From the human T2T-CHM13v2.0 reference genome, Homo sapiens, in assembly GCF_009914755.1 (NCBI RefSeq), contig NC_060932.1: a DNA stretch of 64,000 bases. One strand, given 5' to 3'. The notes under the pieces were generated by a model, which was not told the DNA's origin, searched no databases, and saw nothing but the letters and a program-made list of their open reading frames with translations. Every line of letters starts with the position of its first letter. The stretch's first letter is position 1. This document shows positions 30,057-46,379 of this stretch, in pieces. The position numbers were made by a program, and so were the translations under genes.

Positions 30057-30329
30057 TGGGATTTTCATATATTCTGTATTTTATATACTAAATATTTATT
30101 TAACACTCATTATGTGCAGAAATTTTCATATACTATATATAGCATTTGTCTCATTCGATCTCCAGAGGAACATTGTCATCCTAAAACCCATTTTCCACGC
30201 AAAGTAGAAACTGATGTTCAAATAAATGAATTTGAATTTAAATCTGAGCTTGGTTGACTTCAAAAATCCAAGCAGTCTCCATTCCCTCACCCTACCTAAA
30301 GGAGTTCTGCTAACAAAAGGACCTCGTTT

Positions 30330-30940
30330 TGTCACCGGGGGTCCTGGATACCCCAAAAAGGGCTCTTTCCTGTTCAGTGTTGTGAAGATAATACAAAAAG
30401 CCGAAAGTGTCAAGCAGTACAGGCTTTATTCTAAGGCCAAGGAATTGGAGAAGTGGGACCGTAGCTTGCAAATCAATTTCTCAGTTTCTGAGAACCAGGA
30501 AATTACAAATTCAGGGTATCTTCACTGAAGGGGTTGGGCATTAAGAGCAAGGGGAGGAACATTCATGGTTTTTTTGGGAAGCAATGAAGATTTTCCTAGA
30601 ACAGGGAGCTGCCTTTTTTGTCCTTTCTTGGTCTTTTCTGGTTATTGTCATAGTGATTGTCAGCTGTCATGGTGCTGGTGGGAGTGTCACTTAGCATAGA
30701 AATTGGATTATAATGAAGCTAGAGGTTCTTCAGAGGTCAAGTAGGCGGCCATACTGGGTTTCACCAGTTTCAGCCAGTTTAGTTCTAAGAAGGAACTAAT
30801 GACCACAGGCATCCTGCTTCCTAAAAATAAGCAGAGTTAAAGCCCAGTAGGAATTTAGCTATGTCATGTAGGCATTACATTGGGCAACAAAAGCAGAGAG
30901 GGGGCCCAGCTAAGCCACCTAGGCACTACAATGGGTGACA
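30330..30940 (-). mobile_element. ERV1-type solo LTR (MER101-like, subfamily uncertain)
   Basis: 7-bp terminal inverted repeats TGTCACC / GGTGACA; 4-bp TSD GTTT / ATTT; antisense AATAAA at ~30425. Confidence 0.7.
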
Positions 30941-31499
30941 ATTTTATAGTATTATAGAAAAGATTCTCTGTCTGATTTCTTCCACATTTACAGAACTCCA
31001 GATTTACTTTCAGGAGTCAAAGCACCGGGGAAAGATTCAACTTCCTTCAGAGATTTTGGAAACAGAGTTAAGGGATCATTTCTCCTGCCTCTCACTCCTA
31101 CATCTTCTTTCTTAGCTGCCTCCTAACTCCATTGGGTATAGGAGATCTGGGTTAGTGACAAAGGATGAAAAATGAAAAAAGGATGCCAAACAATAGCAAT
31201 TTTCAGGGTAGCAAGAATGCCATTTTGGTAGGCAGCTTCTATGTCTCCTGTGCAATGATTGCTGCTGGCCAGGATCACCCAGCCAGGAGGGTAAATTGGC
31301 AGTGTGTTTCTGCCTCCTGCCCAGAAGGTGCCCATTGTCTTCATGCTGGTCCTTGGCACCCTGGAACATCCCCCATCCCTGCACTGCAGTGTCCCAATTC
31401 GGCTTACTCAGTGTGGCTGGCACCCATCATCCCAAATTATTTCTCTCTGCTCAGCTACAGAATTATCATTTCTATTTCCAACTAGCAACAGCTTGTCAC

Positions 31500-32050
31500 C
31501 CATCAGAGATATATTTCCATCTAAACAAAGCTCTTATCCTGCCAGTCCTTTGCATAAAAATGTTCAGTGTTTTCCTGTTGTAGTTAGAATGAACCCAAAC
31601 TCCTTGCCATGGCCTGTGAAACCCGTGATCTGGCCCAGCTCTCCTATTTCATGTCCTATTACTCTACTCCTTGCTCGTGGGACCCAGACACCATTCTTGC
31701 TTTTCTAAGACACTCCAAATGCATTTTTATTCTCATTTGCTGTAACCTACTTCTTTCCCATCATGCAGGGTGCTTGCTCATTTGGAATCTCAGAGGGGTC
31801 TCTGTTAACCCTTCAACCTTGAATAGCTTCCTCCCCACCCACAGAGGCCTCTCTTTTATCATCACCTTTTCTATTTTTTCAAAGAGAGTTTCACAGTTAG
31901 AAATCATGCTTTAGATGGATTTGTTCATTTTGTTTTCTGACTCCACTGAAATATCTGCTCCATTTGCAAGGGGCCATCTCTACCTGTTTTTCACTATACT
32001 CCTTGTGTGTAGAACATTGTGTACTCAATAAATGTTGTTTAAATGAAGGC
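31500..32050 (+). mobile_element. L2 3' region
   Basis: Ends ACTCAATAAATGTTGTTTAAATGAA (L2 tail). Confidence 0.65.
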
Positions 32051-32222
32051 AATTTATGAGCACTAAGGGTTGGCTGACCATCATAGCAGAATTCTACCTA
32101 CCATGGCAAGCAGGTAAAGGAAAGGTTTTGCATGGAAATGGGAGGAAGGAGGTAGGGATTAGGTCCTACACTCTCCCTAAGATTTTCCCACATTATTGGC
32201 ACACATAAGTCAAAAACAAATA

Positions 32223-32450
32223 CAGGCAGTCCTTGTTGTGCTTGGTTTCAGTAGGCGTGAATATCAGTTACCATAGTTAAGCTTAATAAGCCAGGCTTCT
32301 AACAACACAGTTAAAATTTCAATTGTTACCATGATACATTAATTTGTGAGTAATTTTATAAAGTACTGACATCACTGCCAGGAATCAGTTCACAGATCAT
32401 TAAATGAATAACGTGCTCATCCTGGTCAGTGACCGATCACATCACTCCTC
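32223..32450. mobile_element. TcMar-Tigger-like DNA transposon fragment
   Basis: TA|CAGGCAGTCCTT terminal motif typical of Tiggers; other end not identified. Confidence 0.4.
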
Positions 32451-32842
32451 ACCTCTCTGCCATAAGTGAAACCCCCCTGTGGAACTATGGTCCCTATAGC
32501 TCTCTCAGGAACATCATTCACTGTGGTTCAGCAGGACTGCTGACATTCTCCCAGAGTGGACTCCAGGCCAAGCTTTCATGAACTTTCCTCTATTTTTTCA
32601 GCTGTGAAGTAGAGAGATGTAGAGATGTAGAGGTTGAAGACAGGTGGGCTCTGATGTGTGTGGGCAAAGCCCTTTTCCTTTCTGTAACCCTACCCTGAGT
32701 GCAGGTTTATCAGGATGTTCAGGGTGCTGACCTGCTTCCAACTCGGACATGAGTGATTTGCGTCCCAGAGCATCATGTTGCAGGCACTGTGCCTAATGCT
32801 TTGTATTATTTCATTTAACCTTACAACAGTTTTATGCAGTAC

Positions 32843-33417
32843 TGTTATAGGACTGACAGGTTCATATGCCTGCTGCACATGAGCAGATCAATACATTGAG
32901 ACAGCAGGCTTTGCAGCAGAGAACAAGTTTAATGACCGCAGGGTACTGAGAGAGGAGATGAGAAGAGACCCCGAAATCCATCAGAAGTTCTGGGCTGGGG
33001 TTTTTAAGGAAATCATGGAGGGAGAGGGACTGGAGAATTGGAGTTGTTGATTGGCTGGGGGAGGGAAATGAAATCATCAGGATGTGGAAACTGCATTCTT
33101 GGGCGAGTCAGCTTCTTGGGTGCTTCTGACCATCTGAGTCAGGAGTTGCATTGGTATGCAGTACCTGAAGGAAAATCTCAAAGGGAAAACTTAACATTTC
33201 ATAATGTTCAAGTTGTTACCTATAGAGCAGTTAAAGGCAGCTATGATCTTGTGACAGGGTCTGTGTGATTCTAGGGCAATGGGCACCAAACAGCTATGAG
33301 GAAGGGTTCAGAGAGCAGCTGACCTCATGCTGAATGCTGATGTGCTGCAAGCTTGGCTTATTTTCATTTTTCCTTTCTTTGCTGATTAATTTTATAAAGT
33401 TCATAGGGATGGCTTCA
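32843..33417 (-). mobile_element. LTR26-like ERV1 solo LTR inserted in a MIR
   Basis: Perfect 4-bp TSD GTAC; homologous (antisense) to 42477-43033; MIR halves at ~32775-32842 and ~33420-33495. Confidence 0.8.
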
Positions 33418-33675
33418 GTACAAACTACTGATATCCCCATTTAAAGATGAAGAAACCAAGGCTTAGAAAAGTTAAATAATTTACCAGAGACTCATGCTCT
33501 TCTTTTGAAGTAACAAATACAAATATTTATGTTTTCACAAAAAATTGTGGAAGACTATTTTTATAATGATAACATGCCCTTTGAAACGTGCTACTTTTAA
33601 ATCTGAGTCATCTTACTCCCTAAAAACCAACAAGAAAAGTGGAAAGCATTGCCATATATATATATATATATATAA

Positions 33676-33966
<291 letters not shown>

Positions 33967-34199
33967 GCATTGCCCAATATTTTCCAGAGGTTTTGTAGAT
34001 ATGGCATGAAGCCCTCTGGCAATAGTTAAATGACATCTTTCGACAATTCTGTGGCCACAATAGGCTGAACACCAAAACTGATGCTAGATAGATTATGACA
34101 AAGATGACTTTTTTGTCAAAAGCTCTTTCCTCTCTTTTCTGCCATCACAGTACAGTTGGATGTTGTCTGATTGTTGTAGTGGTGTTAGTCATCTGTTTG

Positions 34200-34500
34200 T
34201 TTGTTTTTTTTTTTTTTTTTGAGACAGGGTCTCACTCTGTTATCTGGCTGGAGTGCAGTGGTGCAGTCAGAGCTAACTGCAACCTTGACCTCGCAGGCTC
34301 AAGTGATCCTCCCACCTCAGCTTCCCGAGTAGCTGGGACTACAAGCATGCACCACCATGCCTGGCTAATTTTTGTATTTTTTGTAGAGATAAAGTCTTGC
34401 TATGTTGCAAGGTTGGTCTTGAACTCCTGGGCTCAAGTGATCTTCCCATCTCAACCTCCCATAGTGCTGGGATTACAGGTGCAAGCCACCGCACCTGGCC
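34200..34500 (-). mobile_element. Alu (AluJ-type)
   Basis: Full antisense Alu. Confidence 0.93.
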
Positions 34501-34562
34501 CTAGATGTTACGTTTTTAAACTCATCTTTTTAGTTTCAATTTTTTCGTTGTTGTTATTGTGA

Positions 34563-34858
<296 letters not shown>

Positions 34859-36709
34859 AAATGTTTTCATATTTACAGAAAAGTTGCAAAGATAGTACAG
34901 AGACTTTCCTTAGATCCGTCAACAGCTTTCCCTAAAGTTAACAACATCTTATACCACACATTCTTTATTCATCAGTATCTACTGAGCACTTAGACTCAGC
35001 CCTTACTATACATGAGGCATAATCCTCAAAATCACACTGCAAACTCTCCGTTTTATATCTGTTCCTTGGCTCTCACTGGTCGTTTTACTTCAGTACCTGG
35101 TCTGTCTTTTAAATTAAGTAGACTCTAGGGTAAGTTCTTCTGGCCTTGGAATCAGAAGGCTTGAATTTAAGTCTTGACTCTGCCATTTGCCAATTGCTTG
35201 ACCCACGTTTTTTCTGTAATACTCACCCTGTCAATCTGGGAGAGCTGGTTTGAGAATCTGTCACGTGTCAACTCTGAAGGAGGATGGCCGTGTCAACCTC
35301 ATTTCTCCCTGTCTCCCCAGTGTCTTGTCAAAAGCCAGAACTTAGTAAGCATTCAACAGGCAGTGGGTGCACTGGCTGAGTGATTAAACAAGGTAATGTT
35401 TAAACAAGGTAAAAAAGGTAATACATTAATATTGGCATGCAAATGTTAGGAGTTTTAACTGCTCATATAAAAACTCACACGATCTGCATGTGTTGCTGGT
35501 GTCCCCTGTTTGGTGCCCATGAATCACTTCCTGTTTTGTTCATGATGGAGTCTGAACCCCTTATAAGTGAGTGCCTGGGAAGTGGTAGACGTGATGAACT
35601 GCCTTTTCATCCTATTAAGCTATGTTTAAAAAATGCTAGGCAAAGTGGTAGCTTATTACTTTTGCTAATAAATATTTTCTGATAGTTTATGAGAACTCGA
35701 AAGCCAATGTTGCTCTTATTTCCGACTTTTACTTACTAAAGTGCTGATATCCATTTTTGTTATATATTGTTTTCTTGATTTCATTTTGTGCAGAAAGTAA
35801 ATGTGTATAAATCATGCATCTGCATTTTGTTATTTATTTCTGGAAGGTGAAAATATCTTCATCTAACTCTTGGCTTTCACCTGTAATGAGTTTTGTGTTT
35901 CATTTTGATTTGATTTTCTTTCAGTTCTGCTACATCAATAGACAAAACTTGAAATACTATATTTAGGATCCCTTTGCTGGAAGAGAAAACTAAACATTTC
36001 ATTTAGCGCTTCAGCCCCAGGAGGCTGTATACCATGTCACTATTTCCATGCTTTGACAGTTGGGTGCAGTTGTCTCTTGTTATTAGTAAATTTCATGAAT
36101 TTGCTGGTTCTGGGGAGGAAGCAAAAGGTGTAAATATTTGAGTATTCCCTGCATGTAGCAATCCCACAGTGTCACATCTGTCTAATACCTTTATGAGACA
36201 GTCCATTTGCGTAGAGAATAAGTGTCCTAGGAAATAAAGCTATCAGGAGTGTCGAATTGGAATATAAGAATGATATTCTGAGCTTAAAAAACATATATAA
36301 GACTGGAGTTCATTGATATATAACCTTGAAGAGTGCTCTGAATGACAATCATGTTGTTATGCTGGTAGAGAATTACGAAGTTTTAGAACTGGAAGTTCTA
36401 TTTTTTTTAACCTCATTTTATGCATGAAGAAATGGAGACCAGAAGGGCCAAGAGCCTGTGAAATTCAGGCAGCCAGCGAGAGACTGAGATCATGCAGAGA
36501 TAACAAGCTCTGGGGTCTGCCACCCAGCTTTCTCTTGCGAAGGGATGCTTTTCAGCCATTGTTGATTATTCAGCTTGGGGGTTATTCAGCGTTACCGCTT
36601 TTCTGCCTTAGTCTTGCTTCTGCCTCTATTTTAGCAAATCTACTAACTGTACCTGGTAGGGCTGTACCTGAGAGGAGGTGAATCCTCAGCTAGCCAATTT
36701 TGTGTTTTA

Positions 36710-37178
<469 letters not shown>

Positions 37179-37187
37179 TTAATTCAA

Positions 37188-37330
37188 TGGGGCACAGTGG
37201 CTCACATCTTTGGGAGGCCGAGGTGGGAGAATCACTTGAGCTCAAGAGTTTGAAACAAGCCTGGGCCACATAGTGAGACCTCATTTGTATTTTACAAACA
37301 AACAAAAAATTAAAATAAATAAAAATAAAA
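37188..37330 (+). mobile_element. FLAM monomer
   Basis: Left-arm-only Alu with A-rich tail; TSD AAAACA(C)TTTTAAT. Confidence 0.8.
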
Positions 37331-37463
37331 CACTTTTAATGCATTTGAATAACCCCCAAGCTGAATAATCAACAATGGCTGAAAAGCATCCCTTCGCAAG
37401 AGAAAGCTGGGTGGCAGATCCCAGAGCTTGTATCTCTTCTTTATTATATCAACATATGTACTT

Positions 37464-38066
<603 letters not shown>

Positions 38067-38289
38067 GACATACGAACATATTAATATAGAAATCTTATTC
38101 TAGAAAATACTCTTTTAATGCGCTTCGTCCTATGAAATAAAGAAAAAATAATAATAATAAAGTACTTTGCAGTCTGGTTTGGTAGTCTCCCTCATCCCCC
38201 ACCCCAGTGGCCATCCCCATCCCACGCAGCTGGCCACCACTCCTCCTTGAGGCCCTTTCTTCACCTGGCTTTCCAGGACGTGGTGCCCT

Positions 38290-39330
38290 CCCTCTTCTCA
38301 CCTCTCCTGCTGTTCTTCATCGCCCCAACCTTCGACCTTGTCTCTCTCTACACCCAGGCTCATGGAATAAGACACCAAATACGTGGTGGTCACTCCCAGA
38401 TCTTGATTTTCAGCTCAGACCTCTCCTTTAACCTCTAAATCACATATCCAGGTTTCTACGTAAAATCTCCAAAATAGATCCAAACCACACTCTTGAAATT
38501 CTCCAAATTCTTCCCCATCTAGCTATTGGCAACCTGATCTGCCAGTTGGCTGAGTCCCAAATTCCACGTTATCCTTGATTCTTTTCTTTTACTCTCACGC
38601 CCCGAATTTAATAATCAGGATGTTGTCTTGCCTCTACCTTCAACATATCCATAATTTGACGACTTCTTACCCCTGCACTCCTATGTTCTAAGGAGCGAAG
38701 TACTGTGTTCTAAGCCACCGTCATGTCTTAGGTTATTTCAACCTCTCTGACTGTTGGCTCTGTTGCCCCACCCCTGCCTCCACAGTCTACACAGCAACCT
38801 CAGCGACTTTTGACAACTGACTTCTAGTCATGTTGCTTCTCTTCTCAAACCCAGCAACATGCCACCTCCTGTTCCTAGTTTCCCTCTCCTGGCCGCCTTG
38901 GTGCTCCCTGACCTCTGGCCATATTTTCTCTGGGTGCCATGGCACAGCTCCTGCTCTGCAGCCAGGATTGCTTTTCCCTGGTGTGTCCTCATGAAGCTCT
39001 CACTCAGGGCTTCTCAGTGTTCATTCAGAGGGCACTTTGGCATCTAAACCCTTCTCAGACCATCCCGGCTGAAGTTGCAGCTCATATGGCCCATGGCACT
39101 GGCTCTTCCTTAGTTCATTTCCCCCGCCAAGCATTTAGCTTTATCTCATAGCACACTGTTTATTTTATCCATTTTATGTCATCCATCTTCATATTTATTA
39201 CCTGTTCTTCTGCTAGAAAGTAAGCCCCTCTGGGGCAGGGATTCTTGCCTTTTTTGTTCTCTGTTTCAGGCTCCATCTCTAGAGCAGTTCCTGCCACCCA
39301 GCAGACACAGGATTGTTTGTTAATGGATGT
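38290..39330 (+). mobile_element. L2 fragment(s)
   Basis: Pyrimidine-rich L2-like text (ACTCCCAGATC..CAGCTCAGACCTCTCC; CTAGAAAGTAAGCCCCTCTGGGGCAGGGA). Confidence 0.7.
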
Positions 39331-39472
39331 GGGAATGGATGTTGGGCCTTATAAACTTGATGAGAATCCTGCTTATGTAACTCAAGGAAGGTAATTGCAC
39401 CCTTGGGACCAAGTTTGTTAATTTGTAAAATAGAAACAATAAGAGTCCTCACAGTCTTGTATGTTGTTTTGA

Positions 39473-39847
<375 letters not shown>

Positions 39848-40489
39848 TAGTTGTATTTTAAAAATTTATTTATTTATTTATTTTGGAGCTAGGGTCTTGC
39901 TCTGTCGCCCAGGCTGGAGTGCTGTGGTGTGATCATAGCTCACAGCAGCTTTCACTTCCTGGGCTCAAGCAATCCTCCTCTTGAATCTTCTTTCAAGAGC
40001 ATTTTTTATATTTATGCAGAAAAATATTAATACATTTTTTATTCCCTGGCTGTTAAGAGAATTGACTATAATTAAACGACCAAGATCTTATAATTATATT
40101 ATCTTAGTATTTATAATTGATCTTAGTATTGTAATATATTAGTATAATATAATATTAAGATCTCAGTAGTTATAATTGTAGTTGAAATACCTCAAGTTAT
40201 TTTTCCTAAAAGTTCTATTCAAAAACATTTTAATACATTTATAAGTTTTGTTTTTCTAGAAATTGTTAGCACACTTTTTGGTGTCATTATTCATAGTTAA
40301 GAAGTGTACTATTTGGTATCTAAAAACGTCACGGTTGCTTTGGGCTAGGTACATTTTCAATGTCCTTTTATAGCCATTATAAAGGTAATTTTTAGAGAAT
40401 TAATTGCTTTTTGATGTTTAACATTACGTGGAAAAAAGTAAACATCATTAATTCTAGGTATTTTTCCCTCGGGTGCCAAGATTTCATCA

Positions 40490-40605
40490 TAGCTTTAAAT
40501 AAATTTAAATTTTAAATTTTAAATTAAAATAAACTACTAATTTAAAATAAATTACTAATTTAAAATAAATACTAATAAATTTTAAAAATAAATTACTAAT
40601 AATTT
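40490..40605. repeat. AT-rich tandem repeat (~18-bp unit TAAAATAAATTACTAATT)
   Basis: About four imperfect copies read directly. Confidence 0.75.
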
Positions 40606-41061
40606 GCTAAATGGTATACATGTAATTTAATATTTTAATTGGCAGTTAGTAAAATATTGACATTAATGCCACTACTCATATTCATTTTAGCTCAAATTTT
40701 TAAAGAATGACTGCGAATAATAATACAGGTGTTTTGGGGCATAGTGTTGTAATAGTGCATAGGTCCAAAATATATTGCTCAACTTTTCAAATAATTTGCC
40801 TTGTTCATATTTTTGTATGATTTTGGCTTATACTGCAAACACTGTGTCTCAAGCTAAAGGCAGATTTCCCCTGAACCTCTCATTTTCCTGAACTCCACCA
40901 AGAGCATCATCACAACTGCTTTCCAGGGTGATCTCCTGGGGGCAATCATCCTCAAGAAGATTGATATTTATCCTCCAAATATCTGTCACATTTATTCCTA
41001 TTACCTTAGATTAATACAAGTTGTCATTTCCCATAAAAACTAGTTTGAAGATGAGTCTCTA

Positions 41062-41432
<371 letters not shown>

Positions 41433-41888
41433 CTAGTCAGATTCTCTGTTGCTGGCCTCCTCCAGGCTACCTCCTTAGCATAGCGTGTACCATCTGATGT
41501 CCAATCCTGCTGGATGTGGAGCCAAGGGAAAGGGCCTTGTCCAGTGCGGAGAAATCTCCCTGGGCCATCCCTAGGGGGCACCATGCAGTCAGTAAGAAAG
41601 CAATTATTCACAAAGGACAAGTGACCTGGAAAAGGTGTGTCAGGTGGAGGGTGGGGCTGTACAAACCAGACAGGATGAATGAAAAAGCAAAGATGGTACT
41701 ATAAATCAGGAGGCAGGAAGGGGGGACTCCTAATGACATGCAGGTCCCTTAGCAATTTCCTTTCTTGGAGGAAATGTTAAATTTATAATGAGGGAAAGGG
41801 CTGCACAGAGATCGTGTTCCTCTTTCTGTCTAGACAAATGAGGTAACTGTCCTCCCTGCAGCCTAGGTACCAGCTTTCCAGCGCTACT

Positions 41889-42192
<304 letters not shown>

Positions 42193-42476
42193 TCCAGCGC
42201 TACTTATAAATACCAAACCCAACCTGAACAGACCTCCACCTTTTTGTGAGGTGTTTCCTCTGCGTGGAAGTCCTTTACTCAGGCTTGCAGAGTTACTCCC
42301 TACTGACCAAGGTTCAAGGCTAATACTTTCTGTGAAGGCCTTTCTGCACCTCTCCCTCAATCCTTTATTTTTCAAATAGATTAATCACCCATTCTCCTGT
42401 GAATGAGGTCACATCTTTGCCATAGGCCTGTTCTATGATTCTTCACCTTGCATTCTACTGACTCTACTGACAGTCT

Positions 42477-43033
42477 TGAAACTGTCCCTGTAAATTTTAT
42501 AAAATTAATCCGGGAAGAAGGGAGAGGAGAAATGAAAATAAACCCAGTTTGCAATACATCAGCATGCATCATGAGGTTGACTGCTCTAATACCTTTTCCT
42601 GATAGCTGTTTGCTGCCCATTGCCGCAGAATCATGCAGTCCCTGTCACAAGGTTATAGTTCCTGTTAACTGCTTTATAGATAACAACTTAAGCACTGTGA
42701 TTTGAGATATTCCTTCAGGTCCAGCATATCCATGAAACTACCGGTACCAGGTGGTCTGAAAAACCCCACGAGGAGCTGACTCATCAAAGAATGTGGTTTC
42801 CACATCCTGATGATTTCATCCCCCTTACTCTGACCAATCAATGACCCTCAACCTCCATGATCCCTGTAAAAACCCCAGCCCAGAACTCCTGGGGAGATGA
42901 CTTGAGGGTTCCTGATGTTTCCTCTCTCAGCTGCCCTGCAATCATTAAACTCTTTCTCTGCTGCCAACCTGCTGTCTCAGTGTGTTGATCTCTTACTGTG
43001 CAGTGCACCTACAAGCCCAGTGATCCTGTAATA
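42477..43033 (+). mobile_element. LTR26-like ERV1 solo LTR
   Basis: TGAAACTGTCCCTGTAAATTTTATAAAATTAATC start; ATTAAA signal; TSD GTCT / GGCT. Confidence 0.8.
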
Positions 43034-44314
43034 GGCTCGCTGCGTTACTCAGTGACATCCTGGAGGGCTTTTCCTCTCTTATTTCCTTTCACAGTGTCTG
43101 GTACATGGTAAGCTCTCAAAGATATTTCCAGTGCATTAAAAGTAAAATATAACCTTAATTCTTTTCATGTGAAGAGATGATAGAGAAGAGAAGAAAATAA
43201 TCACTTCCCAAGACTTTTGTTAAAAACATGTAAATTTATCTTATACTTAAAAATATTTTATTTTAGATGGTTCACTTTCTTTCCCTTGCTTTTTGGTATT
43301 TTATTTTGTGATTTTGAATATTATTGTAATATGAAATGATCAGCCTAAAGTGATCAAGGTTTTATATTGGCAAAAAGACATCAGATTTAGTTTAGCAAAT
43401 ATGTAGCATTTACAGTATTCAAAACTCTAATCACAAGGGTGAGATGGGATGGGGTGGAGGTGACAGTTACTATAGAGAAGTACACTGTATGAAAACTGGC
43501 CCTGAATTATTTGGAAAATTTGATGAGTTTCCATGTAATTGTGCTTCTAGCTGACAATGTGAAGTTTCAACTGTTTTAGTGTGGGAGGTGGTGACTTGCT
43601 CATCCCTCTGCCTCTGTTTTTTGAATTAGTCCTTTAGTCATCTAAGCATAAAGCAAATTCTTGGAACTAACTGTCCGGTCAAGATCACTCATCAGAATCT
43701 GCATTCTGTCAGGTAATATAAATAGTGTGTGATTGAGTGAGGAGAGCTTTGTTGTGCACTCTGCTGCCCTTTGTGGAGTAGAGATATTTCTGATTTCATA
43801 TGTGCAGGCTGTATTTTATACTGAATAACCCAGATTTTACACAATGTGCAATGGAAACAGAGCAGAGAATCTGAGAGGGTCGTCTGACTTAAAATTAGAT
43901 TTGTTAGTGAGTTTTCTTTTTTTGAAAACGTACCTTCTGAAAATAAGAAGTGATAATTTAAGTCTTTCCAAAATGGTGTACCCTATATATAACCTCTAAG
44001 AGATTCCTGTATAAATAAACTCAAAACATACTGTCTACATTCTACTCTGCTTAGAAAATTAGGTCATGAGTACACCATTGTGTTACGTTCCACCTACAAA
44101 TATTCTCACTACTTCTCTGAGTGATATTCCTTTTATTTCTCTTTTAATTATGAAGAAAATAAATATCTGAGCATTTGTAGCAATATGAAAGCATATACAG
44201 TCAAATTTACTTTTTGATCTTTTTCCTTTCTTCCCTCTCATTCCAGAACGCTAGAGGTGACTCTTCAGAGGTGACCTCTATTTTCAGTGGGTGTGCATCT
44301 TCCTAAAATCCTTA

Positions 44315-44675
44315 TGTGTCTTAGTTTGCTAGGGCTGCAATAACAAAATATCCCAGGCTGGCTGGCGTAAACAGCCAAACTTTCTCACCATCCTGAAAGT
44401 TCAATGTGAGGGTGTCACAGATTCAATTTATCTTAAGGCCTCTCTGCTTGGCTTGCAGGTGTTCTTTTCTCTGTAAGCACTCATCTCCAGTGCCTCTGTG
44501 GCCTCTGTGTGTCTACATTTCCTCTTTGTAATGAGCACACTGGTAAGATGGGATTAGGGCCCACCCTAACAGCTTCATTTAAACTTAATTACCTGCAAAT
44601 CAGTCACCTCTTGAGGTCCTGGGGTTAGGGCCTCAACATATGAACTTTGGGGAGGCACATTCCGCCCACATTGCA
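44315..44675 (-). mobile_element. MaLR LTR (MLT1A/B-like)
   Basis: TGTGTCTTAGTTTGCTAGGGCTGCAATAACAAAATA...GGGTTAGGGCCTCAACATATGAACTTTGGGG. Confidence 0.85.
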
Positions 44676-45108
44676 TAGATGCAGTATCTTTTGCCAACAC
44701 AGGCAGGAGTTCAGTACACTTTTTTTCTTCCTGTGATTTGTTTTCTGCTTAACGATGTAACATAAAGATGTGATTGCAGTATTCCCTAATATGGATAATC
44801 TGTATTTATGACAGTATTGATGAACATTTAGGTTGCTTCCAATTACTTGCTGTCATATACACTATCGCATTAAATATCCTTGGAATCATATCTATTTAAC
44901 TTATGTGATTATTTCTTTAAGGATAGATGGATAGAAATAGAATTTCTAGGTTAATGTGTAGGTCATTTATATGTTGTAATAATACTGCGAAATTGTATTC
45001 TCAAAAGGTTAAATTAATTTGTACCTGCCCAAAAACTTCATTACTGTTAGCTATTACCAAATTTCAATATTATCAATTTTTAAAAAATTTATAAAGAAAA
45101 GAGATTTC

Positions 45109-45510
<402 letters not shown>

Positions 45511-46291
45511 TCAGAAGGCCAAGCAGGAGCTTACATGTCACATGGCGGGAGCGGGAGGAAGAGAGCAATAGTATCAGTATATTAAAACAATTTGTGTATC
45601 TGATGGGCAAAACTCACTATTTTAATATACATTTTTCTTGTAAGCAGAGAGTCTGAATATCTTTTTTATATGTGCCATGTGTAATTTAGTTGCTGTGTGT
45701 CTAAATTGTCTGTTTATATTAGATACCCATTTTTTATTGGGCTGTTGGTCTTTTGGTTATTCATAATAATTCTTTATATATTCTGACTATTTGTACTTTA
45801 TCTGTTTTACATTTTAAAATATTTATATTAGATGTGACTTATAGCTTAACCTTGTTTTTGGGATTTTTCGACCTAGAGAGATTTTACATTTTTATATGAT
45901 CTAATCTGTCAGTATTTTCCGTTTAAAGATTTGTGTGTTTGGGTATGTCATGTCTACTAACAGACAATGGTACCATTTTCCTGTAAGTTCTTTGGTATGA
46001 ATTAATTAAACGTATTTCTCTTTTTTACCATGTCATAGGTTTAGACTATACTGAAGAACTTGCAGTGAAACATGAAGGTCTACTTTCCTTGTCCAACCCC
46101 TCACTGCACACACACTCCTACCTTGCCTGCCTGGGCAACCACATTCACTGCTTAGCACTCAGCATTCTAGCTCTTTCTCTACGCATTTACACACGTCTGT
46201 AGATCTCATTATAAAGCCATAAATGATATCCAAGTACAGGTTTGCTTATTTTGCTTGCTTTTTCCATGCAACAGGATGTCTTTGAAACTTT

Positions 46292-46379
46292 AAATGTCAG
46301 TACAAATAAGTCTGCCTTATTCTTTTCACTTTCTTGGAAATGTAAAATGTCAGTACAGATAAGTCTGCCTTACTCCTTT
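46292..46379. repeat. Local direct duplication of ~35 bp
   Basis: AAATGTCAGTACA(A/G)ATAAGTCTGCCTTA at 46292 and 46345. Confidence 0.88.

Noticed and set aside
31112-31485. Overlapping ~80-106 aa ORFs
   Set aside because: No known protein motif or convincing splice boundaries
38188-38224. C-tract cluster, potential minus-strand G-quadruplex
   Set aside because: Irregular loops and a common pattern; no promoter or CpG-island context
43762-43780. CTCF-like GCTGCCCTTTGTGG
   Set aside because: One base short of the core consensus spacing; not supportable from sequence alone
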